A DNA stretch of 64,000 nt, from NCBI RefSeq assembly GCF_964204645.1, contig NC_134031.1, positions 19,537,910 through 19,601,909 on the forward strand. Direction: 5' to 3'. Position numbers and translations under genes: made by a program. Origin of the DNA: Tubulanus polymorphus. Taxonomy: Eukaryota > Animalia > Nemertea. Position 1 is the stretch's first letter, and every line of letters begins with the position of its first letter. Below the pieces are notes generated by a model. The model did no database searches. It was not told where the DNA came from and saw only the letters and a program-made list of their open reading frames with translations. This document shows positions 25,667-36,581 of the stretch, one piece after another.

Positions 25667-25823
25667 CATCCTCGCTTGCCAGGGTTTGATTGCCGCCCGC
25701 GGAAGCTCCGCCAACCCCAAACCCTTGGACAAAGCCTCCATTGGTCTATTACGTTGACCAAGATTTCTTTTGTGTTGGCGTGAGCTTCGGCGGGCGGCAA
25801 TCAAACCCTGGCAGTCGAGGATG
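25667..25823. mobile_element. Second CATCC-ended MITE subfamily (157 bp) with perfect 9-bp TSD
   Basis: ~45-bp TIR catcctcgcttgccagggtttgattgccgcccgcggaagctc / gagcttcggcgggcggcaatcaaaccctggcagtcgaggatg; TSD gaaacagcg (25658-25666 / 25824-25832). Confidence 0.9.
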
Positions 25824-27384
25824 GAAACAGCGAGGTTGTTATGGATGCTCTACACAGTAACAGCTGTCGTCACTCACGATTTGCAGTGACTCAGGACCAA
25901 CTTTCTCTCATTCGAAGAGGCCATTCACCAACGCGGCCTTTATGCGAAAACAAAAAATCAGACCTACTCGAGACCAGTTTTAATACAATGAAGCCCGTAA
26001 ACGAAACCTGACACGAAATAATGCGACAATATACCGGAAAATAATAGTCCAGTTTTCTCTTTCAAGACGAGATGGATGACGTTCACAGCTGAAAATAGAA
26101 CTTTTTCTTTCTCACTTAAGATTTGGGCACATTTTGTTATGTAAACTATACTTTTTACAAACCACATTTCGAACTAGCTTTTGTGCTAATGGGTGGATGG
26201 TCTTTGTCAAAGTTATAGTTTCTCAGAAAGCCCTTCGAAATGTCAGACAATGTTACAGTGTATGTTTAGTTTCAGCGCCGTCTCGTCGTCAATAAAACTG
26301 TAGTCGTAATTCAGATAAAACTCGAAATAACTTGATACAATGTTTTGAAACCGGGTCGCGCCGCATAAACGATTACAACAACAGGTCGCGCGCTCTCGCA
26401 ACCAGCGCGTTTATCTGCTACAGACGAATCGAGCTCTGCACCATCGAATGAGCAGCCGCTGTTTAGAGAGCTGTTTCTGTCGGTGAACATTTTACTTGCG
26501 GGCGTTCGTCTGTCGCAGGTGTTATCTATCTCATCCGTCGTGCCGGGTTATACCGAACTGTATTAATAAGCATTGTCCCGATTTTATAGTGTAGCGGTCG
26601 TCCTGGAATAACAGCCGCATTTGCAGCACTCGCTGTTTGTCTCTGTTATCATTTTATCGGATTATTCACTATAGTTTTCATACAGTCCCACGGAAAGTAT
26701 AGCATCGGGAATAGTCACTGGCGCAGGGAAAACGAAGGTAGGTCTCGGCACAACAAGGAAAAGAAGTTTTCTTTTAAAGATTCCAAGAAACAAAAGAAGG
26801 ACGATGGAAATATGATGCGACAGAGTATTCGGGAGGTTGGGTGGCCTTGTCTATCTGACGCGAATCATATTGTATCCCTGATAAGTTGATTTAGGTTTAT
26901 TTTCCGATAAGACAATTATTCAATCGTAATTCAATATTACTGAAGTGAAGTGCGGTTTTTAGTTTGACAAAAGACATCCATCATGCGCTGAGGGATCGCG
27001 CGGCGGGCCAGTGCACCGCTAGCGAGGAGAAACCTGATCTGTAATTACATTGTTCTCTTTAATTGAAAATATCAAATATCGACAGAGTTCGTAGTTAAGT
27101 TATGCGTGGTTTGTTTTAATATGCATTCCTCGCTGTTAGCGCCAGTTAGTGTTCGTGTTTTCGAAGTAAAAATCTGAACTCGTTTCCAAAGTTGATTTCT
27201 GGATTATTAGTAGCGAATTTATGCATTGCGGTTTACGTTGTAGTAATTGTGAGTTAGGGCTAAGGTTAAAACCCAAAACTGTGGAATCGGGGTTCAGCAT
27301 ACTGGGACCGGTGAAGGCAACCTAGCTTGAATCACAGAGCTCCTTTCGTTTCATTTTCGAGGGGTTTTTTCAGTAATAGGTGAG

Positions 27385-27640
27385 TAATTTGATTTTTATA
27401 GCGCCCTTATCACTGCGATACAACGCTCAACCGCGCTTAATATTAAATTGTTATTATTACCCCTAGTCTATAACATTTATCAGTCATCTCTCCCCGGGGA
27501 GAAGTAACATCTGAGCAGCTGCTTAGGCGCTTGGGATCGGGAGTCATCTACCCATTCACTTGATTGCCCGGAGACTATATGGCAATGTACGGGGTTCGAA
27601 CCCACGACCTGGCTCTATCAACTCGCCCACACCGCTCGCA
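27385..27640 (-). mobile_element. tRNA-derived SINE
   Basis: Minus strand: B-box gggttcgaacccc (~27592-27604), central ttctccccggggag core, LINE-like tail aagggcgctataaaaatcaaatta; second copy at 24218-24388. Confidence 0.75.
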
Positions 27641-28607
27641 ATTAATCCAAATACTGCGACTTATTCTAAATTTTAGGTAAGTCGGCTTTCGTCGTTGTTA
27701 AATCGAAGCGTTTGCATTTCTAAACTAAAAACAAAGCTCGATTCCAGATGTTAATTAAAATGCAGTTTGTTTGGTGCCGATCGGTTTTGTGTTTCTCGAT
27801 GCAGTTGTTGTCGGCCAGAAAATTCGAAAATAACCCGATACTGTAAACCGTACACACGTAAACACACGGCGCACATAACGTATATACTACATAACTAATT
27901 AGAAAGTTATTTGTTTAGCGAGACAGACCAGAGAAGTAACGAGCTGGTTTTAATAGTTGCGCGACTGTCTGTTCAATGATAAAACCCACAATAAAAAAAA
28001 ACTGTAATAGGAATTAATGACGTTTCAACTCTAGAGCCATGTTCAAAAATGTGTATTTTTTCAATTGGATTCAGTTGAAACGTAAAAATCCTCTTATAGT
28101 TTATCTGTCGGTTGTATTCTTCAAAGGAACGAGCTGTTTTATTTATTTTAGATATTAGATGAAAAAGAACTTCAAAAATTCCGAAAAATCGGAGCCTTTA
28201 CAAAAAATAACGTATAAATCTTCGAGCTTTTGCCCAAATTTTCGGCGTGCAAAGTGCGCCCCACGCCGAAAAAGCCCCACCTCCCCCCATCTCGAAGGAT
28301 TAGTTCAAGGAATATTCCCCTAGATATTGATTTCCTCGAAAGTAATATCATAACAATAAAAGAACACCAAAAAGCTGGCATCGCCATCATCAAGCTTTGA
28401 ACTTCTTATTACGCAACTTTTAATACTCCGATCTCGAAATGAAACCACTCAGCTACTGAAATTAGGTTTCTCGTCCGACCTTTAGAGTCCGATTCCCGGT
28501 TATTAGCTAGTCCAATTAATACATCTCACATATAGAACGTAGCCGCGTTAATTGAATCAGAATTAACGTATAATTAACCGGGTTTAGAGTACGGTGAACT
28601 GTATACA

Positions 28608-28608
<1 letters not shown>

Positions 28609-28651
<43 letters not shown>
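28609..28651. repeat. (TA)21 microsatellite
   Basis: Direct observation. Confidence 0.95.
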
Positions 28652-28655
<4 letters not shown>

Positions 28656-30258
28656 CTGTAACAGCTGAACTGTATCGAACCGTGACAATAAATATAGATA
28701 TTGAGCCCCAGTAACTGGAGGTAATCAAAGATTCGGATATCCATCAAACTGTAGATAGCAATGACGTAGGATCGCATCGAATCGTTGTCCTGCGAGGGCG
28801 GTGTAATCAGGGCGTGGACTGTGTGCACTTTACTTTGTTTATCCAGGACTTAGGAGTCCGTAGTTCGTTTCGCTTTTTTCAGCTTTTTACATCTTTTTAC
28901 TTGAATCTAATCGTTCCAGGTTTTTAAATTATCGATTTCAAAAGCCTTCTGCGTATATACAGCAGTCCACGTGGCATGAACATTAACACCTGACCTGACG
29001 TATCGATATCGTTTTTCTCCGGAGTTTTTATCCGGCTGGCCAGTCAATCATTACCGTACTTACCGAGAATAAACACACAATCCCTTTCTACTGGAAGGGC
29101 GACTTAACTCCTTAACCCCTGATTGCAAATATCAAGTGCTTATCAGTTTGGTAAGTAGATTGTATAGTACGCACGTTGTCAGCTGTGCAGCCGGTATTAT
29201 CAGTGTGTGTGAGTATCGGCAGACAACTTTATGAAATACGCTTACCCTTCTTCACATAAGTGATAAGAGCGATTTATCCTTACTCAATAACTGATACTGA
29301 AGCCATTTATCAGATTTGGTATATTTTCGTACTCTGGAAATAGATGTTGAATTGTTATAGGCGTTTTTTTTTCTCTCGATTCGTACGGCGCTTATCGCTA
29401 CGCTGAGGTTAGTATAAATGTGAAGGTTGTTCTTTGTGCGGAAGAGTGCTGTTCACAGCTATTTTATTATTGAAAATAAAAATTCGCTTTGTTCGCGCTT
29501 TATCGATTAAAGTAATAGAGAGAAAGAGAGAGTGGATATTTCGAATCTCGATAAAACGACTTCGAAACTGTTAATTTTCATCCCCTTTTAAAGAGACTCT
29601 TTTATATATAATGCATGCTGCGGTTCATTCTCGCATCTCGTGTTTCATAGAACTGTTTTCTAATGTCCGTGAAATGTTTACATTGGCGCAAAAGCAGGGA
29701 ATGTTTTCGTTGTTTTTAAACAGGCATTCGAACTTGTACTATTTACATTATAGTATTCACTTGTTACGCAAGTTGATGATTTATCAGCGCGTTATGCGGC
29801 GCGCGCTCCGTCACTAAAACACCTCAAACATTTTTAGGATACGTCGTCTTGCGGGGCCTTCGAATGCAAAAAGTTTATAGCTTTACAAGAAAGATCTGAC
29901 CATCAGAAAATCTATTCATTGGATGATTTATCATATAGCATTTCTTAGTATCTTCGTTTCATTGACGAATACGATATCTTGATTTTGAAGAATAAAAAAA
30001 ACCTAAACTACATCGGGTTTGCTCCTCTATACGAGTCACTCAGCGTAATGAGGATAAAAATTTACCCCTTCAAAAAATGTGCCCCTTCTGCATATAAGTT
30101 CATATGATTAGAATTTCGTACGCGCGTGGAGCATAGTGCTGCTGAAGATTAACACATTTTGCTTACACTTTCATAACGAGTCCTACCCTAAAGCTGGTAC
30201 AATTTATATTACTATCTTCAGTATCACGATTGGTAGAACACTATATCCGTGTTGACGC

Positions 30259-30564
30259 GATGAGGAGAGAATCCCACAATGATAATAAAAAGTCCGAAAA
30301 TGAAACTTCGAGATAGTAGTTTATTTCAACGTTTCGACTATATCCTAATAGTCATCTAAAAAATTTTCCTTTAGTTTGTATCATCTCTGATTACTTGAAT
30401 TAGTCTCTTTGTCTCTGGATTGTATATATATCTCATAATTTCTGTAGTATCTCATTATTCCTGAAGATGACTATTAGGATATAGTCGAAACGTTGAAATA
30501 AACTACTATCTCGAAGTTTCATTTTCGGACTTTTTCGTTATAATTGTGGGATTCTCTCCTCATC
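30259..30564 (+). mobile_element. Penelope-like pLTR pair in inverted orientation (~100-bp near-perfect inverted repeat)
   Basis: Arms 30259-30357 and 30465-30564 are reverse complements; the right arm follows a TATATA box (30423) and overlaps a hammerhead core plus AATAAA, an arrangement typical of PLE pLTRs. Confidence 0.75.
30455..30501 (+). ncRNA. Minimal type I hammerhead ribozyme (Penelope-associated, probably dimer-active)
   Basis: UUAUUC-CUGAAGA-U-GACUAU(UAGGAU)AUAGUC-GAAAC-GUU-GAAAUAA: conserved CUGANGA and GAAA cores, 6-bp stem II, palindromic ACGU stem III, stem I UUAUUC/GAA(A)UAA. Confidence 0.7.
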
Positions 30565-32954
30565 CTTATCTTCAGTAATCATCAGTAGCAGTTTCTCTAA
30601 TAAACTGGCCATCTTCTATACCCCCTCCCCCCCCCCCGAGGCCTGGTATTCATTCATGTCGATAGTTTACATTCAATATTCGTGTAAAAACATACATTTT
30701 ACACCTGCCCGCGTCTTGTAAACGCTAATATTTACCGGAGCTAGTCACGTCGGTAGAATTCTCGCCGAATACTAGCGCGGAATCTACCGCGAAATGTTTG
30801 CCAAATATTCATTCCCTCTCGACAACAAGCATCAATACAACGCGTTCGTTCATTCAGCCTGGGAAAATAGTCGCCTTGTTTTTGCTGGCACCTTCACGAG
30901 AAAACAAAACTGTAACTGTGGTATTTCTGAATAAAATTGATCATCAAGATAAAATTCTCGATGGTTTTTGTGAAGGCCGTGCGCAAAAGTAATTGAAGAT
31001 GGGTACATAAATTGGCTTTTGAAGTAAAAAGAACGACAGAACCGATTTCGGTTGCGTGTCGTGTCTCATATTTCCAAGCGGTTTTTAATCATCAAATATT
31101 CTGCCCGAGTCTGATGAGCTTGAATAAGTTCCTGCGCGTGTTTGCGTTTGACTGGTGTCACTTTCACATTTCTCAAAACAATTATTATCCGTCGCCGTTC
31201 GACAGACGACAACAGTCCGGGGTTTCATTTCGCAGACGAACCGCGATTCTATACGGAATAAACCGGTCTTATGACATGTGGACTTAGCCTGTCCTCATAT
31301 TTGCGATGATGTCTCAAAAAACGCTATCATTTTACACGGTCGAAGCCTGGCTACGTGTCAGAACACAATCTATATTGATCAATGTCAGGTTATCACCGGC
31401 ATTTCTCGTTCTCCGTTCAGATGACGTATGACGCCGTTCTTTTGTTGTTTTCTAGCCGTAATTAGTTTTACCTATCAATCACGCTGCGCCGTTACGCGCA
31501 CGCGGACCATTACAGTCGATAATTACACTAACTAACGTTTATTACTCATATGCCCGTTATGATGCCCTTTGTCTTTAGCGGTAAAACGTCTCAGACTCGT
31601 GCCACGTGACTGCTTCAGAAGTGGATAATTGGAGGCGCGGTATTTTGATCGTTTAGCCGTAACCTTTCAGAACAGCGAAATTATACGTGAATCATACTAT
31701 AACATGACATGTATTGATATCAGTATTCACCTTAAAACATCAAGTCATCACACACAAAGACACAGTGAATTTTCTTCCAATTATTCCACATCCGCAAAGT
31801 CTCCAATAATTTCAAAAGGTATCCATATTACTGTCAGTGAGCTCAGCTTCTCCGGTTCTCGTCTACAACGGTACTTATTTTTCCATGTCCATTAAAAGAT
31901 GGCGAAAAGAAATCTACCATCGGCCGCGTCCCAACGAGACGTTCTTGGAAATATCACTTCTTAAAGTTATTGAAGAGGCCTGTGGATAGCTGTTGTAAGA
32001 ATGGTCGTGACTCTGGTTGGCAAAGTTTACGACAATATTTACCACTGAAGCGTCAGACATTTTTCCCGCTCAACGGAGCTGAACTCGAGTTTTTGATCAC
32101 TTACATTGACACATCACTGGTCGTCTGGTCAACAACGGTCGTTGTTTCGAATCAAATATCTCATTTATATCGCCGGGAAGCGTTTTTCGTATACGCCAGC
32201 AAAAGACCAACAAGCCTCCATCCTGACAATGTGGCTTCACTTTCTTGACAATCTCCGATAATTGGCACTGCGCAGTTGTAGTTTATGGCTTAATGACGCT
32301 TAAACGTCTTAGCATCGATGTTGCCGGGTTTAGAAAGGTCATCGCTGCAGGAGGAACATTCGAAGCCGTTCTAACAAGACTAAAGAGTTATCCCTTAATG
32401 CTTTATACAAAATCGTAACGGATTGAGGAAAAAACATGATACCGAAAGTTATACTTTATTGGCTTCAAATCAATTTCAGACGATAATGAATCAAAAGGGG
32501 AAGGTTTGAAAAGTTAGTGATATGTAGAACTGCTTTATGGAAAGGATAAGGAGTAAAGGAAACGGAGATACGATGAGAAAATCCAGGAAAATACTGCGAA
32601 ATAAGAGACTGAAAACGAGATGAAATAAGGGAATGATGAACGATGAATTTTAGCTGTTTCTATTCTAAATATTGACATCCGCAGTTGAGATAAATCCAAT
32701 ATTGATAGCAATCACAATTTATTTCAAATTTTCACACGTTTTCTGTTGATTCGCTCATTACGAGAGACACATCAATTATACATGGCTGATAGTAGTTCAT
32801 CATCGCGGACATTTTTCACGATGTTCATCGCGCCACTGAGTGAAACTGATCGCTGCACCTCGGCTCGCCGCATCCTGAATAACAAAGGACATACCAGGAA
32901 ACTGAAACTCGAAACTCGAAAATCGTCGTGGTGTAGGGACAGAACTTTTGGGTC

Positions 32955-33090
32955 CAGGGTCCAGTTTCACGAAAAAGTTTAAGTCTAAAAACGGTTAAGT
33001 TTGAATTGTTGCCCTCATTGAAAACATGAAGTAACCAATGGCAATTACACCAAAAATTTGAGGTTAACTTTTTCGTGAAACCTGGCCCAG
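32955..33090. mobile_element. PIF/Harbinger-like MITE, CAG at both ends
   Basis: cagggtccagtttcacgaaaaagtt / aactttttcgtgaaacctggcccag. Confidence 0.75.
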
Positions 33091-33738
33091 TTCCAAATTA
33101 TTGTTTAAATTTGACTCAAGCGATAGAATTGGTGCATTTAGATAGTCTATCCCACAAGTCAAATGCGTGCGCCTTTGAACCGATGGAGCCATATGGACAC
33201 AGTCCTACATTCCTCATTACATCCTTTCAACTGCGAAAAAGCAACAAAAATTGTCTTCATCGCCCAATTTCCTTCTTGCGTCTTTTGTTTTAAGAGAATA
33301 ATAACGCCGGTTGCCATGGTACGTGCAGTTTCCAAAGAAACGCGGGTTGCAGTATAAGCTGCTACGGTAGCTTTGTAGCTACTAAATAGCAGTTCACAGT
33401 CTGCCGGTACGACACGTGTCCTCAATGCGACTGATAAAGACCCGTTTTTCCCTTTACCCTTTTATTTTCATGAACCTCAAACGAAGTTGAATTAAGCTGA
33501 CATTGAATAGCGCGTCGAGCGTTAATTAATATTTCGACGCGGATTCGCGGCCGCTCAGTGATTGACTTTCTATGGCATCCCAATTAAACCGCTCGCCGTC
33601 GTGTCAGTGTTAGCGCGCTCTGTTCAATGAATAACCCCCGTGCTGTCTCGAGGAAAGCGTCAGCAACGACTGGACCCAGTTCCCAAGTTGTGTCTGCAAG
33701 CTCTCAAGCGTAGAAACCTATTGTTGTTACTCGGTCAA

Positions 33739-33862
33739 CCGCGACCACACGGGCGTTCTCGGGCTGGGCCAAACATCCACGCAAATAGGACCGTGCCTGT
33801 TTGACAGGCCAGATTTTGCCCGACCAAAAACATCAAACCAGGTCCGTGCCAAATTCTCACTG
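33739..33862 (-). mobile_element. Family D MITE fragment
   Basis: gcccgaccaaaaacatca.accagg.ccg.gccaaatt shared with 47640-47680. Confidence 0.65.
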
Positions 33863-34890
33863 GTCAAATTATTTGAACATAATGTTTGTGTCAGCGTTAT
33901 AGTTGACCCCATCCTTGAAGTAATCATTAGTCGAAATATTACTCAAAGCTGCGGGTTACGTAAAGCTGGGAGAGATATATTCACATTTCATAATCGAAGA
34001 TCAGTCTGCTCGCCGCCCACCATCTCTCGATGTCGCGGAAATCATCCTTTGTCTGTGCACGGATAACAGCTATTATGAAAAACGAATTAATATGATCTAA
34101 AGTTGTGTCATTAGAACTCGTGGACGATCAATCATTATTATAGCGACAGAGGATGTTTTTAACAGATAAGTGTCCAACCATCAGACCGACATTCACGTTA
34201 TACACGCCGGCCATATTTGGTGAGACTCATAATGTTGTTATATCTGCGCATTATGGTACTATTGCCCTAAAGGATCTCACAGATCCGACAACGAAAACTT
34301 CGCAGATAGCTATAGATTTGAGGGTCTTCCGTCACGGTTTTTATATCCGCTTAAGAATGTCGAAATATTTAACCAAGGGCTGTTGTTTCCTAGAAAGGGC
34401 GTCGACATCGGCCATCGGCGTTCTAGAATTCAAAACAAATCGATTTGAATTGAAGGGCCTTATCTCAAAATTCAAACAGATATGCGCCTACAGATCTCTT
34501 CTAGAAATAATCATGTCGATGTCGTAACAGACGTGAATATAAGAGCATAATTCAGGCATTCACAGGGCATGTTTATTATATCTTCAAAGGCATTCAATTT
34601 GTGAAATATGAAACATTTCCATCTTCCCGATCGAATCATTTTGAATTAAAAACAAAAAAGGCATATTATTTAGGCGTATTGTCGCAGTGAAGCCTATAGA
34701 TATATTCTTAATGTAAAATAAGATTGATTGACATGTCTCTTTTTGTTTAATCGCGAAGTAAAAATGACATTATACCCAAAGGTATAGAAAATGGTTTTTC
34801 TATGAATGCAGTTGATCTATACCTGTATATCCATGTGTGAGTCTTATCTGGAACCAAATTTATAACAAACATTCATTGAAATTCCTTCTA

Positions 34891-35000
34891 AATCTTAAAA
34901 TACTGAATCTTCCCTGGTATTTATTTGATTGGCGATTTCGTTTGATTTGTTCTGATGGTGTCCCTTACAAACCCACCACACCTGCCGGGAATGAAACAGG
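34891..35000 (-). mobile_element. Family G tail fragment
   Basis: Reverse complement matches 19810-19918 and 47516-47580. Confidence 0.65.
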
Positions 35001-36289
35001 GAGTTTGAATTTGAAATCGGAAAACGAAAGTTCAGTCGGATGATCAGTCGAATTGACTGAATTTTCTGTTTAAATCGATGTACGGAAATTTCGGTTCCAG
35101 TTAGTCGATGCGTTCTCTGATTTTGCCCTTCGAGTGTCTGTATCGTGTCTACGAGCAAATTGAGGGCTTAGTTTTTGATTTATGGCGTTGCCTTTACAGT
35201 AATTACAATCACTGAGAGATAGACAAACAAATCTCGCCGGACGCTCGGTAAACAACTAGATCCGTGATCATAAACTTCTAGACAGGAAGAGAAAAGTCGC
35301 CGTGTCGGGATCAAATACGGCGGAAAGCAAGTGACGTTTTTCTAAAAACAGCCATCAAGAATCTCCTTTCATACTTCAAAGGTAAATCCATAATTGGGAA
35401 GGTTTGCCGCACCGCAGGGAAAGATTCACTTCGATTTAGAAATACATCGGATACAGTTGACATTTTTGTCCATTCGCGGGAAGGGCATTTTAAAGAGTAT
35501 TCTGGACAATTGCCATCAGAATCCCAGCGCTAGACTTCTGTCGCAATCGCTAGTCGGTACTAGGCTACAGATGGCTGACTGGCGCGGTTACGAGCCTTGA
35601 AATCTCACGGGATTTCACTCATCCGTGATTGAATTATATCAGCGGAGATGATGTTCACCGATGATTAAAACTGGCTTTCCGTGCATTGCCCACTTATCTA
35701 GCAAAAATTCTCAGTTTTCGCGGGATAATGCTGGCATCGTTCCAACATGAAACCCGCACAATATCTTTTCTAATCGGTAATTTTACCAAGTGTCATACAT
35801 ATAACACAGTGAATAAGATCACCACGGAGTTGGCGATCGATTCAACGCATCACAATTCACGATTATCCTCTTATGTTCGTTCACCAACACGTTCTCACAA
35901 TGAACTCACAATCGTAGAACGAATTTTACATATTCATACAGACTCCTGCTGTTAGCTATTTTGTCGGTGCAACAATGGCGCACGACCCTGTCTCGTTCTT
36001 GAGCGTTTAGTGGAGTAACTATATTGCGAGCGCACAAAAGACAAAGATTCTAAGAAGTATGGAATATAATGATTGTAATAGGCTATATCAGATTTCACTA
36101 GTGCTTGTGGACCACACCAGCGCCATCAGTTCATCGTAGTTTTGGTAGGAATGATCTATATCCAGAATAACTCAACGAACTCCCGTGCCTACGGACGAAC
36201 GTGCTTAAATTCATACGTCCATGATTCGAAGATCTGATGAGGGCTCAAGTGTTGTTGGAAGTGTGGCGATTTATTGCAAGTTTGAAGTA

Positions 36290-36581
36290 ACCCGGGGTAG
36301 CCATACCGCGTTCACATCCGCTTGTTGAGCGAACGGTTGTTAGGAGCGGGAACGCTCGCTCGCGCGCGCGGCCGGATTGCCCGAGCTACGCGACTCCGCG
36401 GCCGGTGAACGCGGCACACTATACACGCGCCGTCATTCGAACAGACGAGAGCGCTCTGATCCCCGCGTCTGCTCTGAGTGACATACAAACAAAACATTAA
36501 ATGGATATTGGATGTGGATGTGTCGGTATTACATCAATTTTTAGTCGGAATAATTATTCAAACACAGTTTTCTAGGTGAGT
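36290..36581 (+). promoter_or_regulatory. GC/CpG-rich candidate promoter and first non-coding exon
   Basis: Conspicuously GC/CpG-rich patch (cgcgcgcgcggccgg) at ~36300-36475, followed by an AT-rich stretch ending in a strong donor AG|GTGAGT at 36576. Confidence 0.4.

Noticed and set aside
36235-36260. CTGATGA motifs (also 9581, 49533, and 57372 on the minus strand)
   Set aside because: None is followed by a stem II and GAAA at the right spacing.
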